Shown: in pieces, positions 1-14,212 of the stretch | Layout: each line of letters begins with the position of its first letter | How positions within the stretch are numbered: position 1 is the stretch's first letter | Source: Octopus vulgaris | Taxonomy: Eukaryota | Assembly (NCBI GenBank): GCA_951406725.2 | Contig: OX597839.1 | Span: 6,944,001 to 7,008,000 of the forward strand | Length of the DNA: 64,000 nucleotides | Direction: 5' to 3' | Program-made: the position numbers and the translations under genes | Notes under the pieces: model-generated | The model's database searches: none | The model's input: the letters and a program-made list of their open reading frames with translations, nothing else | What the model was told of the DNA's origin: nothing

Positions 1-400
1 GCACGCAGTGTCGTGAGCCAGTCTATTTCAGTTGGATTACCTTGTTGAGCCGTTGTATTTGCTGAACGTTAAATCTCTTTATCAACCCTGAGATTGTTTT
101 CAAGTATTTCATAGTACAGTGGCTCTTTCTAATCTCACCAAACCTAGAACTTTGTCTTCCATGGATGTAGCTCTGGCTTGGTTCGAGATGTCGCTTGGAT
201 GTCGGGTCTCAGCCATTCTTTCCTTTTCTTCATATAGGCGCAGAAACCATTTTTCATCACCAGTGACGATGCTTAAAGAAATCTCTGAGTCCACGAACAG
301 TTTGGTGTTAAGCGAGCACTGGAATACGTAACTTACGTTCAGAATGTGAGGCCCCTTGCGCACCGAGTACGTGGACATTACTCACTGAGAAAAGGTTACG
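1..400 (-). pseudogene. Tc1/mariner transposase remnant (frameshifted)
   Basis: Minus-strand translation SIVTGDEKW (first catalytic D motif), a GPH match to WVPHEL near 350, and LAHDTA (LHDNA motif) at 1-21; frames are broken. Confidence 0.85.
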
Positions 401-1639
401 TGCTACAGTGTCTGGAGAGCATCATATTTGCTGGGTCAATTCGTTAGTGGAATTGTTCGGGTCTTCATGGATAAAATCGTTCAATCGATCCGCATAAAAC
501 TGAACGCAGAGTGTTTGCGAGATCGAATTTTACCTCATCGAGTGAAAACTGGCGTAACAATTTCTGTAAAAACTATTTCGATTGATAATGTCAGCTTTGG
601 AATATTGACAGAACGGCGGTGCATCAGCATGGCCGTAGCTCTGAGATGAAACTAACAAAAAAAAGAAGAAAAAAAAGAACGCGAAGTGGAGCAGATGTCG
701 AAAATACCCGTTTTTTTTTATATACTTGGGAAGCCATCGTCATATTTATGAAAATCTGAAGAGAGGCAAAATTCATCCAAAATTCAAAAACAGAAAGCGA
801 AATTTATAAAACAATAATAGAGCCACACAAAAAAACCCTTACAAAATTCTAATATAAAAATATTATTCGTATTAATTCGAATAACATTGGAAACAAAACG
901 AACGAATTTATCTGACAACCTATCATAAATGAAACCGCGAGTATGGAACCAAGAAAGAAAAAGAATATAAAGATCGTAATACTTAAATAAAATAGAAAAA
1001 ATAATAAAGGAAGAAATAAATGAAAAATGAATTGACATAATATATTAATATAATTGAGAGTGCATCACTATCTCTCTCGTTGTTTTCTGTCCTCCAATGG
1101 AAGGAAATAAAGCCAAGTTTTATAGTATTTTTTTTTCCTTAAATGCTATATACTAACTGATGTGTTAACTGTCATACGAAAAGTTGAGAACAAAACTTTA
1201 CCACTGTTGTTAATAACAGATAATATTAATTCTGTAATTAATTGATAGTTAAACAGTAGTTTTGTTAATAATAACATATTTATTAAGAATTTACAAATGA
1301 AGAATTTGCATTAATATTTAATTTAATTTAAATTTAATGAAAATTTCAATTTTGAAAATTGGAATTCATTTCATTAATATTTATTTATAATGAAATTTGA
1401 AAAATATAAAATTGCAGATATTGTAATCTTCCAGCGTCCGCAACGAAGATGTGTTTCATTACATCACGCCACTAATCTCTAAACTCTATTAGTTTTGACA
1501 GATTCTCAATTTCACGTTGCATGTCTCTACCAATACTATCATCATTAATATCTTGACATTACAGGTTCGAATCCAAGCACCCATTAGGTCTATTAGCCGG
1601 GTTCCACGGCGCATAAGTGACCGCAATCACAGCATCCTC

Positions 1640-1810
1640 TAATTTTCAGTGGGACGTCAGTCCGTCGCAGGTTTAATCATTTACAGTCGAGTGGACTGGA
1701 GCAAGGTGAAGTGAAATGTTTTGTCTAAAACCACAGTGTCCGGGCAGGAGATCGAAACCACCATCTTGTAATCATGGGTGCAACACCCTAACCTCTAGGC
1801 TACATACCAT
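1640..1810 (-). mobile_element. tRNA-headed SINE fragment (family C)
   Basis: Minus strand TAGCCTAGAGGTTAGGGTGTTG...GGTTTCGATC (A/B-box-like); similar to 10868-10980. Confidence 0.6.
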
Positions 1811-1879
1811 CACTTCTGTACCAATAACATTCCAAAACTACCAAAACCAATGGAAATATTTTTGTTTTGTTTACAGAGT

Positions 1880-2270
1880 AGGCGCAGGAGTGGCTGCGTG
1901 GTAAGTAGCTTGCTTACAAACCACATGGTTCTGGTTTCAGTCCCACTGTGTGGCACAGTGAGCAAGAGTCTTCTACTATAGTCTCGGGCCGACCAAAGCC
2001 TTGTGAGTGGATTTGGTAGACGGAAACTGTAAGAAGCCCGTCGTATATATGTATATATGTGTGTCTGTGTTTGTCCCCCCAACTTCGCTTGACAACTGAT
2101 GCTGGTGTGTTTACGTCCCCGTAACTTAGCGGTTCGGCAAAAGAGACCGATAGAATATGTACTAGGCTTACAAAGAATAAGTCCTGGGGGGTCTATTTCC
2201 TCGACTAAAGGCGGTGCTCCAGCATGGCCGCAGTCAAATGACTGAAACAAGTAAAAGAGTAAAGAGTAAG
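1880..2270 (+). mobile_element. Full-length tRNA-derived SINE (family A, CORE-like)
   Basis: Head TGGCTGCGTGGTAAG...GGTTTCAGTCCC, CORE-like (CCTTGG)GCAAGTGTCTT in sister copies, internal TA/TG tract, 3' tail (GTAAAAGA)n; about 12 related copies in the window. Confidence 0.85.
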
Positions 2271-2389
2271 AGTAGAGGATGCGCTGGTTTTCATGCTACG
2301 AGGAGGTTGAATTCGACTTCACAGACTTCGCTTTTAGTTCTTCGATGGCCGATTGAATGAACTCATACAAAGAACCGAATTATTTCATT

Positions 2390-3000
2390 AAGGAGATGGC
2401 TCTGCAGATGAAATGCTTTCAGGGTTCCGTCGCCTTTAACCTTGATTCTGTGAGTATGGTTCAAATACTCGGTGAGTGGGGACCTCACGCTCTGAATGAC
2501 ATATACAAATTCCAGTGCTCGCTTGATACCAAACGGTTCGTAGACTCAGAGATATCTTTACCCTACAGTCACCGGTGATGAAAAATGGGGTCTTTGAGAC
2601 CCGACAAGCAAGCGACACCTTGAACCAAACCAGATCTGCATCCATGAAAGACAATGGTTTATGTTTGAAGGGATTAGAAAGAGTCGATGCACTACCAAAT
2701 GCTTAAACACAATCTCAGGACCGAAGAAGAGATTAACGTTTAGCAAATGCAGCGGCTCAAGGAGGCAATCCAACTGAAATAAACTAACTCTCGACATGGT
2801 GTGCTTAGCCATCACGACAATGCTTCTCTTCGCGTTGATAATTTGACCAAAAATGCTATACGAGAGTGCAGTTGGGAAGTTCTATCGTACCGGCCCTATT
2901 CTACTTGTATAATGCCTTTAGATTATTACGAAGTTCTATAGCACCCGCCCCATTCTAATGAATTAGCACCTTTAGATTATTACCATTTTCGCCAGACGTT
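2390..3000 (+). pseudogene. Tc1/mariner transposase remnant
   Basis: WGPHAL, GTCACCGGTGATGAAAAATGG (VTGDEKW), CACGACAATGCT (HDNA), EVL*HPPHSNELAPLDY (YSPDLAPSD motif, locally duplicated); same family as 1-400 but inverted. Confidence 0.85.
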
Positions 3001-3149
3001 AAGCGGTCTTCGTCTTTTGTGATATTCGATGTGATCTTGATTAAAGGGCGGTAGATTCGGAAACCTATCTGGCCCTTAAATCGTCTGTGTTACGATCAAG
3101 CCATGAAATGTTCTGAGACACCACGAGAAGTCGTAACATCAAACATATT

Positions 3150-3548
3150 ACTCTTTTACTCTTTACTCTTTTACTTGTTTCAGTCATTTGACTGCGGCCA
3201 TGCTGGAGCACCGCCTTTAATCGAGCAACTCGACCCCGCGACTTATTCTTTTGTAAGCCCAGTACTTATTCTATCGGTCTCTTTTGCCGAACCGCTAAGT
3301 AATGGAGACATAAACACACCAGCATCGGCTGTGAAGCAATGCTAGGGGGACAAACACAGACACACAAACACACACAAGCATATACATATATACGACGGAC
3401 TTCTTTCAGTTTCCGTCTACCAAATCCACTCACAAGGCTTTGGTCGGCCCGAGGCTATAGTAGAAGACACTTGCCCAAGGTGCCACGCAGTGAGACTGAA
3501 CCCGAACCATGTGGTTGGTAGACAAGCTACTTACCACACAGCCATTCC
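3150..3548 (-). mobile_element. SINE family A, near full length
   Basis: Reverse-complement match to 1880-2270 including CCTTGGGCAAGTGTCTT. Confidence 0.85.
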
Positions 3549-3639
3549 TGGACATTTTTTCTTTGTAGTCCAGGTTCTGGACTCCTTGTGCCAATGTATT
3601 GTTGTCTGATATGGTGGACAAACTGAAAAGAAAGAAAAT

Positions 3640-4267
3640 ACACAAACAGAGAGGGAAATAGATGAAAGAATGATAGAATGAAAGTATAAAAGAAAGACTA
3701 GAGAGGAGGAATTATGTGGAAGAGGAAGAAGAAAATTTGGGAAGAATGAGTATAGAAAAAGAGGATTGAAGAAAGTATTTGAAGAGGAGAGGAGAGAAAA
3801 TAGAGGGAAGAGGTAGGATGAAGGAAAGACAAGAAGGAAAGCAAAGAATAAAAGTAAGATTGATTTAAAAGTAGAAATGAATGTAGTTTTGTTAACGAGA
3901 AATAGAAAGATATACAGAGGGAAAGAAAGGAAGAAGGAATGAAAGGAAGGAAGATAGAAAGAGGCAAAGAAATAAAATAATGAAAGGGAACAGAATGAAA
4001 AAGGAAGAATAAAAGAAAGACATAAGGAAAATATACAGCGGGAAAGAAAGGAAGAGGGAATGAAAGGAAGGAAGATAGAAAGAGACAAAGAGATAAAATA
4101 ATGAAAGAGAAGAGAATGAAAAAGGAAGAATAAAGGAAAGACATAAGGAAAATATACAGAGGGAAAGAAAGGAAGGAGGGAATGAAAGAAAGGAAGGAAG
4201 GTAGAAAGAGACAAATTAATAAAATAATGAAAAAAAACATAGGAGAGAGTACAAAAGAAAGAAAGAG

Positions 4268-4305
<38 letters not shown>

Positions 4306-4750
4306 GAAAAATGTGAAAAGGAAAAAGAAAGACAATAGGATAGGGAAAGAGATATGTAAAAAAAAAAAGAAGGAATAAGACAAGAAAAACTAACGAAAAT
4401 AGATGAATTGAGTGAAATGGAACGAAAAAAATGATGAAAAGAAATAAAGACAGATTCAAAGAGAAGAAAAATAGAGGAAAGAAAAGGAAAGACAGACAGA
4501 CAGAAAGAAATAGTGACAAGGAGAAAGAAAGACACAGGGAAAGAAAGTTCAACAAGAAGACAGAAAGTTAGCGAGAAAGAAACAGTGACGGAAAGAGAGA
4601 ATGACATAAAGATAGACAGAAGGAAAGGAGAGAAAGAAAGAAAGAAGGAAAGAAGGGTTGAATGAATGAGTAACGAAAGAAATAATGAATGAAGAGAGAG
4701 ACAGAGAGAAGCAAAAATAAGAGTCGAAGAGAGGTGCACGATTGTGACTA
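3640..4750. repeat. Purine-rich (GA/GAAA) low-complexity tract containing a 121-bp minisatellite (about 2.7 units, 3905-4230)
   Basis: TATACAG anchor at 3911, 4032 and 4153. Confidence 0.85.
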
Positions 4751-4852
4751 AGGTAAAGAAAAATCACAAGAATTTCACCGTGAATTCTCTTATCAGTCAA
4801 CAGAGCCCAGCAGGAGGTGGAACATAGGTGCGGAATGATGAAAGCGAAAAAT

Positions 4853-6160
<1,308 letters not shown>

Positions 6161-6293
6161 TGTCGTGTCTAGGAAGAGTCATCAGGCCAATATTATTGAC
6201 ACACGCATTGATTTAATTCCACTTCTTTATTATTAATCAGTTGGTTAAATATCCAACTAACTAACTGATTGTCAACTGTCAAATACATTCTGA

Positions 6294-6331
6294 AATCTGA
6301 TGATTACTACGAACGTATGAAAGTGCTAATT
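6294..6331 (+). ncRNA. Candidate minimal hammerhead ribozyme (degenerate)
   Basis: aat-CTGATGA-t-tac..gta-t-GAAA-gtgc-TA-att; stems are short. Confidence 0.4.
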
Positions 6332-6759
6332 GAACTTTATAAACATTGCAAATCATTTTTTAATGCTTAACACACTTGAACATTGTAAAAAAAAGATATA
6401 AATACAATAATAAAAAAAATGTGAAAACCATTGTTGTAACATTATTCAACTGATATATTATTCTGTATGCATATACACAAATTCAGAAAATATACATACA
6501 CAAACACACACACACTCACCCCCATACATATACATTTATAGCGTCACAACGATACCGTTTATATCTCTGTAGCTATTTTCAAGTTTTTAGGTAAATTACC
6601 GTGGCTCATGTCTCTCCTTCTCTCTCTTTCTTTCTCCCTCCTTGCCTGTCCCTTTCTCTCTCACACTTTTTCTGTCTCTCTTCCTGCCTTTCTTTTACTG
6701 TCGATATTTGATTTGCTAAAATATAACAGCCAAATTTCCCCACAGTGTATTCTTATTTC

Positions 6760-7176
6760 TTATTTCTTTACTGCCCACAAGGGACTACACATAGAGAGGA
6801 CAAACAAGGACAGACAAAGGGATTAAATCGATTACATCGACCCCAATGCGTAACTGGTACTTAATTTATCGACCCCGAAAGGATGAAAGGCAAAGTCGAC
6901 CTCGGCGGAATTTGAACTCAAAACGTAGCGGCAGAAGAAATACTTATTTCTTTACTACCCACAAGGGGCTGCACACAGAGAGGACAAACAAGGACAGGCA
7001 AAGGGATTAAGTCAATTACCTCGACCCCATTGCGTAAATGGTACTTAATTTATCTTGACCCCGAAAGCATGAAAGGCAAAGTCGACTTCGGCGGAATTTG
7101 AACTCAGAACGTAGCGGCAGACGAAATACCGCTAAGCATTTCGCCCGGCGTGCTAACGTTTCTGCCATTTCGCCGC
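6760..7176 (-). mobile_element. SINE family B tandem dimer
   Basis: Two copies of GTCGACTTTGCCTTTCATCCTTTCGGGGTCGAT core on the minus strand, joined at AAGTATTTC. Confidence 0.85.
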
Positions 7177-7195
7177 GGCCTTAAATTTATTATTA

Positions 7196-7265
7196 AGGTC
7201 ACTGCCTGGAATCGAACTCGGAATCTTGAGGTTAGTAGCCTGTGCTCTGAAACACTATGCCATAT
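7196..7265 (-). mobile_element. tRNA-like SINE head
   Basis: Minus strand TGGCATAGTGTT...GAGTTCGATTCC (A and B boxes) followed by an AAT-rich run. Confidence 0.55.
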
Positions 7266-7547
7266 GACCACAATGTATTCTACGCCGTTAAAAACACATT
7301 TGATAATCTAACCTTAGATTATAAAACTTTGAACATAGGTTCGCTCGGCCAGGAGTGGCAAATTTCTTAAAGCAACAGCAACAACAACAACAGCAATAAT
7401 GACATCTTAAACTTAGAAACGACTTAGGGGCCACTAAACCATCGATTTTCTGGAATCTTTCGTTCCAAAGCTGTTCTGGGGTATTGATTTTTCCGAACCA
7501 GCAGTGATCACCTTGGTCAACGCACTCTAAATTAAATAAATATTTGA

Positions 7548-7717
7548 CTTGGCTGAGTGGTAAGAAGCTTGCTTCCAAACCACATGGTTCTAAGTTCGGT
7601 CCCACTGCTCGGCACCTTAGGCAAGTGTCTCCCTCTGGCTGACAAAAATCCTGTGAGTGGATTTAGTAGAAGGAAACTGAAAGAAGCCCGTGGTATATAT
7701 GTGTGTGTGAGTGTCAG

Positions 7718-7749
<32 letters not shown>

Positions 7750-7950
7750 TGTGTGTGTGTGTGTGTGTGTGTTTGTCATGTGTCTGTGTTTATCCCCCTA
7801 CCATCGTTATCGCTTGACAAGAGGTGTTGGTGTGTTACTTAAATACTAGCCTCAAAAATAAACCCTGAGGTTAAATCGCTCGATTAAAACCCTTCAAGGC
7901 GGTGCTCCAGCATGGCTGCAATCAAAAGACAGAATCAAGTAAAAGAGAAA
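7548..7950 (+). mobile_element. SINE family A (diverged)
   Basis: Head, CCTTAGGCAAGTGTCT and GGCGGTGCTCCAGCATGG tail. Confidence 0.8.
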
Positions 7951-8086
7951 AGAAAATTAAATGAAGTACAGGTACCTGTACTTTAGTGTGAATTAGTGCA
8001 GATCGTAAAAGGTCCCGGGATATGAGTGTCCTTCAACTTAGTATTGTACTTTTACTAAATGTATTGTAAAACAGAGAACCAGTAAT

Positions 8087-9300
8087 CAAGTCGTGATAAG
8101 GTGTCAAGCTGGCAGAATGGTTAACACGCCGCGCAAAATGCTTAGCTGCATTTCGTCCGTCTTTACGTTCCGAGTTCGAATTCTGCCGAGGTTAATTTTA
8201 CATCTCATCCTTTCAGGGTTGATAAATTAAGTCTGAGTGAAACATTGGGATCGTTGTAATAGATTAGTCCTCTCACACAAAATTTCCGGCTTTATGCTTT
8301 TAGAATAATGGATTAGTTCAAGTCGCGATAAGACGTCGAGCTGGCAGAATGGTTAACACGCCGGTCAAAATGCTTCGCTGCATTTCGTCCATCTTTGCGT
8401 TCCGAGTTCAAATTCTGCTGAGGTCAACTTAATACTTCCTCCTTTCGGGGCCGATAAAATAAGAGCCAGTTGTGTACTGGGGCCGATGTAATAGACTTAT
8501 TCCTTCCTCCAAAATTACTGGCCTTTTACCAAAATTTGAAATCGTTATTTCAAGTTGTGACAAGGTGGGCGACCTGGCAGAATGGTTTAGGAAGCCGGGC
8601 AGAATGCATAGCGGCATTTCGTCCGTTTTTATGCTCTGAGTTCAATTTCCGTTGAAGTCTACTTTCGGGGTCGATAAAATAAGTACCAGTCGAGCACTGA
8701 TGTTGATGTAATCGACTTATCATCGAACATCCTGGCCTTGTTCCAAAATTTGATACTATCATTTTACGTCGCCAAAATTCGTGAATATTATATTTCGATA
8801 ATCTATAGTCTGTCAGTAAAATTTGAAAACCCGTAAAATCTTTTACAGCAAGGCAGCGAACTGGCAGAATAGTTAGCATGCCGCGCAAAGTGCTTTGCGG
8901 TACTTCGGCGAGCTGGCTGAAACGTTAGCACGCCGGGCGAAATGCTTAGCGGTATTTCGTCTGCGTTACGTTGTGAGTTCAAATTCCGCCGAAGTCGACT
9001 TTGCCTTTCATCTTTTCGGGGTCGATTAAATAAGTACCAGCTACGCACTGAGGTTGATATAATCGACTTAATCCGTTTGTCTGTCCTTGTTTGTCCCCTC
9101 TGTGCTTAGCCCCTTGTGGGTAGTAAAGAAATAGGTACTTCTGCCTTTATGTTCCGAGTTCAAATTCCGCTGAGATCGACTTTGCCTTTCACCCTTTCGT
9201 GGTCGATAAAATAATTACCAGTTGAGTATTGGAGTCGCTGTAAACGACTAGCTCCTTCCTCTAGGATTTCAAGTCCTGTATCATTATCAAAAGGGATGTA
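8087..9300 (+). mobile_element. Cluster of about six family B SINE copies (tandem and nested)
   Basis: Repeated CTGGCAGAAT heads and TTTCGGGGTCGATAAA cores. Confidence 0.85.
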
Positions 9301-9579
9301 TTAGCTTTGTAGTGAAGAACGCAATAATGCAGTCGTCTTAACGTTAAGTACACGAAATAAGGCGCAACGAAACGCCAGAAAAACTGCCTCATGTGGAAAC
9401 ATTCAGGATCGATTCTTTAGTAGGCAGCATGGGGTTTAGGAGGAAATCTGCCAAGATGATCTTTCTCGAGATTGTATCCAAGAAATTAAGCTGTCTGTAT
9501 GAGTAGTTACAACGCCTCAACGAGTTATGAGATTAAATATATACATATACATAACAGACACACATATACATTTGTGGAA

Positions 9580-9633
<54 letters not shown>

Positions 9634-10256
9634 ATATATGTATACACACACACACACATATATATGTATGCATATATATGTGTGCGTATATATATACTGA
9701 CACATATACATATATGTGTGTGTGTTACTATGCGTGTGTCTATGAATGTGTATATATATGTATGCATTTTCATGTATACAAAGTATGCTGTGACAATGTA
9801 TGACGCGAAGGGAAACAATTACAGAACGAAGTCAAGATTATTTAGGTAAAACGCGAAACTCCATCCATATTTTTCACGCTTCACTGAGTCTCCGAGATAT
9901 TCTTCTAGAAATGATTTTGCCACTTCGTTAAACACCGACAATATTTACCATGTCGTTTAATCTATATTAAAAAGAATAAGAAATTATGGAAAGAACCACA
10001 CGCGTATTTAATTCTTAAGAACAGAAAGATCATTTCTCTCCAGTATTTGCCCCTTCTGTGCTACCATATATTAAATATTGGATTGTTGTATGCAGTTGGT
10101 TTGGCAAACAACTCAAAATATAGGTAATACGTTAAGTATGTGTATGTGCATAGATACGTATATATGTATGTATGTATGTAGTACGTAAATATGCATTTAT
10201 ATATATATATATGTGTGTGTGTATGTGCGTGTATATACACACACATACATGCATAC

Positions 10257-10289
<33 letters not shown>

Positions 10290-10329
10290 TATGTACATAC
10301 ATATATATATATATATATAACATATATAC

Positions 10330-10427
<98 letters not shown>

Positions 10428-10478
10428 ATACATACATACACATACATACATACATACATACATACATACATACATACA

Positions 10479-10511
<33 letters not shown>

Positions 10512-10867
10512 GCATTAGTGTGTGTGCATGTGTGTAGTTGGACAAGCAAGAGTTGAAGTGAATTTTCAATACAATGAAAGCAACTTTCTACGCTACGGTC
10601 CAAAGAACTTCTGGATTATTCCCAATCTCTCAGCGTTGTGGGCCAAATATTATTCAGAGAGAAATGGTTCAACCTTTCTCTCTGAAGAAGCAGAACATTT
10701 CGGTGAGTGCCGTCTTCTGCCATTGTCCATGTAGTTGCCCACCTGCCAAATATCGAAGTCATAAAGATATTCCCGCGGATATCACGTGGCACGGCATCTG
10801 AGTCCAGATACTGGTAAGTTAACTCAGGATGGCACTTGAGATTGCAAATTCCCTGCCGACTCCTCGC

Positions 10868-10980
10868 TGGAGGTGCATAGCTTAGTGTTTAGGGTGTTGA
10901 ACCCATGACCGTAAGATTGTGGTTTCGATTCCTGGACCGGGCGATGCGTTATGTTCTTGAGCAAAACCCTGCATTTCAGT
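10868..10980 (+). mobile_element. SINE family C 5' part
   Basis: TGGAGGTGCATAGCTTAGTGTTTAGGG...GGTTTCGATTCC. Confidence 0.65.
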
Positions 10981-11029
10981 GTGTGTGTATATATATATAT
11001 ATATATAAGAATGAATATTTTTATATATA

Positions 11030-11200
11030 ATAACGTGAAACACAGGAAGGGACGAACACGGAACACAGACAAATCATTCGAAGCCTTCAATCTTCAGTCA
11101 GACACCGAACCATCATAGCAAATTTCGGCTGTTCAATTCTGATATTTGCTCCAACTCGGCAGCCCCAAGAAAAAAAACTAAGCTGTAAGCATTAGATTTC
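11030..11200 (-). repeat. Unclassified interspersed repeat (second copy at 22870-22995, + strand)
   Basis: Shared GCCGAAATT(T)GCTA..GATG...GACTGAAGATTGAAGGCTTCGAATG. Confidence 0.7.
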
Positions 11201-11664
11201 TTGGTAGAAGACAGGAATGTGAACGCACAAGACGGATGTAAACACAAGAGACGAAAACGAAATTGAAAACGGTAATGAACAAACAAAACATATATAACGG
11301 TGGTTGTCATACGACTTTAGACCAAATGAGACAGAAACAACAACAACATAGCTGGCGTAGAAATAATTACCGTTTCGGTAGCGGGGACACATGTTGGTCG
11401 AGATACGAAGGCCAACAGAATGGTTTAAGAAGCAGCAGGTCGCAGGAGAGAGAGAGAAAGAGAGAGAGGGAATCAAAGAGGGTGGAAGGCAGGGGACAGA
11501 ATCAGTGACCAAGAGAAAAGGAGAAAGAAGGGATTAAGGAGGATGGGAGGAAGAGGGGAGGAGGATGGGAGGAAGAGAGGGGAAGAATCGGAGGGCGCCA
11601 AAAAGTTTGGTGAAGAAGCAATGGCGGGCAGGAAAGACAGTGTGTATAGAAGTCGTGCAGGGTT

Positions 11665-11710
<46 letters not shown>

Positions 11711-12106
11711 TAAATGAAATAAAACATATGCATATATATAAACATATATGTACGTACCTACCTCTACATGTACATATACACGCATATATGAGTACAGGAC
11801 ACCAAAAGGACGTCGAACACAATGAGAAACGAAAACATTGACACAAACCAAAGGAACTGGACATATATTTAAAAACAACAAAAAATAGAATACAGGACAA
11901 TTAACACAAAGAAAAAAACCCTTCTTCAGTCGCTAAAGCTTTCATCTACTCTACGTTTCGAAGGATAAAAGCGAGACGTATCTTCGACAAGAAAACTTTC
12001 CTTCCTGCGAAAAGCAAATCAATTAAAATTCTGAGATCTTTTCGCAGAGGGGTAAAAAATAGTAACAACAGGACAGTAACGACAGTGCAAATTGTAGATA
12101 TATATA

Positions 12107-12326
12107 TATAACCAAAAATAAGCAACAAGAATGGATCCGGTAATTTAGTACGATTGTTTCATACTACAACAATTTATTAAAGCTGCAAATATTACAGCAA
12201 ATATTACAGCAAATATTACAGCATATTATATTTGCTGTAATATTTGTAGCTTTAATAAACTGTCATAGTACGAAACAATCGTACTAAATTACCGGATCCA
12301 TTCTTGTTGCTTATTTTTTGGTTATA
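12107..12326. repeat. Fold-back element with about 95-bp inverted arms
   Basis: TATAACCAAAAATAAGCAACAAGAATGGATCCGGTAATTTAGTACGATTGTTTC and its reverse complement ending at 12326; centre holds 3x GCAAATATTACA. Confidence 0.9.
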
Positions 12327-13220
12327 ATCACCCCACATAATTTTATGGGTAATGCCATAAAAAATCGTGGTGCATCTAAATTAAGTACCATATTCATTTG
12401 AATCTAAATTATATATATATACATATACAAGTGTGTATGTCTGTCTGTGTGTATCAACACAAAAACTACAAAAGTCAAAAGTACGTATACAGTGAAAAAT
12501 AGGTAAATATGTGTATGTGTGTGTGTATGTGTTTAAGTATTCGTGTGCGTATGCCTTCGTGCATACGTGTAAATACTCACTCACATACTTTTATATATTT
12601 TTACATACAGTTTATGTATTTGATATGGTTGGTAAATATGTAATACATGTATTGTTGTATTTAGTTATAGATAAAACGTGTGAACGATATGCTTTTGTGC
12701 TGCGCCGGTTTATATAGGTGCGTGCGAGTGCGCGAATATGTGTGTATGGTTAGCTGTATGGATTCCATATGAATTGTTATCGTTCTGCGATTTGTCTGAA
12801 CAAACACACACACACACACACACCTATATAGACTTTCTCACATACGTAGACGCACACACGCACTTATGTGTGTCTATATGCGTGTATATATATACGTCTG
12901 TCTGTCTATGTATGTATGTATGCATGTATGCATGCATGTGCATTAGATGTATTCGTGCTTGTTAGAACTTGTTTGCTGCGCGATTGCTTATCACTGCTGT
13001 TTATATATAATCATATATACATGCATGCATACATGCATATATGCATACACGTAAAGACATGTATATGTATATATATATAAATATAAATCTATATACATAT
13101 ATATGTATATAACAAAGTTGAGTTGTGGGATATATATGAATATATATGTATATATATCTATATATCTATATCAACACACACACACACATATATATATATA
13201 TGTATATATATGTATGTATG

Positions 13221-13255
<35 letters not shown>

Positions 13256-13302
13256 TGAGAGACGCGCACGAATATATATTCACATTTACATTTAATTATA
13301 TT

Positions 13303-13337
<35 letters not shown>

Positions 13338-13492
13338 TATCTTCCAATCTAAATACATATGTACACATACAAACACGCATATGTATTCTTGTATATGTAT
13401 ATAAATATATGTATATACGTACAGGCAGACACACATATATAAACATATACATACATGCATATATATATATATATACATATATACATATATAC

Positions 13493-13528
<36 letters not shown>

Positions 13529-13859
13529 AGACACACATATGTGTGTATATATATCTATACATATAGAAATATATATCTGTATATATGTAGATATATATGT
13601 GTGTGTATATACATATTGATATATATATATATCTGTGTTGGTGCGTTTATGTGAGTCGATGAATACGTGCATGCATATGCGTGCGTGCAGAGAAATGAAT
13701 GCATATTTTGCATGGGCCAACTGCACCGATTGTGACTGGAGGCCAACTAAAAATCAAAGCGTCGAATGCACTGAGCGAGAATTATTTGGGTTTCTCGAGA
13801 AAAAAAGATGGCGACCGGCGGGAAGAAAGAATAAGATCATAGTGATGTCGTACATGATG

Positions 13860-14154
13860 ATGGTGATTGATAGTAGTAGTATTAGTAGTAGTGGTGGTGG
13901 TGGTGGTGGTGGTGGTGGTGGTGGTGGTGGTAGTGGTTGTGGTAGTGGTGGTAGAGGTAGAGGTTGTTGTAATGGTAGCAGCAGCAATAGTAGCAGTAGT
14001 AGTAATAGTAGTTATAGTAGTCTTAGTAGTAGTAGTAGTAGTAGTAGTAGCAGTAATCGTAGCAGCAGTGGTGGTGCAGGTGGTGATGATGGTGGTGGTG
14101 GTGATGGTGGTGGTCGTAGTAGTGGCAGTAGTAGTTTTAGCCGTAGTAGGAGCT

Positions 14155-14212
<58 letters not shown>

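Noticed and set aside
3531-4739. 402-aa and 285-aa F/L/S-rich ORFs
   Set aside because: Translation of a pyrimidine-rich low-complexity strand that lacks stop codons by composition; no domain
13800-13822. AAGATGGCG YY1-like motif or possible start codon
   Set aside because: Single short motif with no supporting exon or promoter evidence
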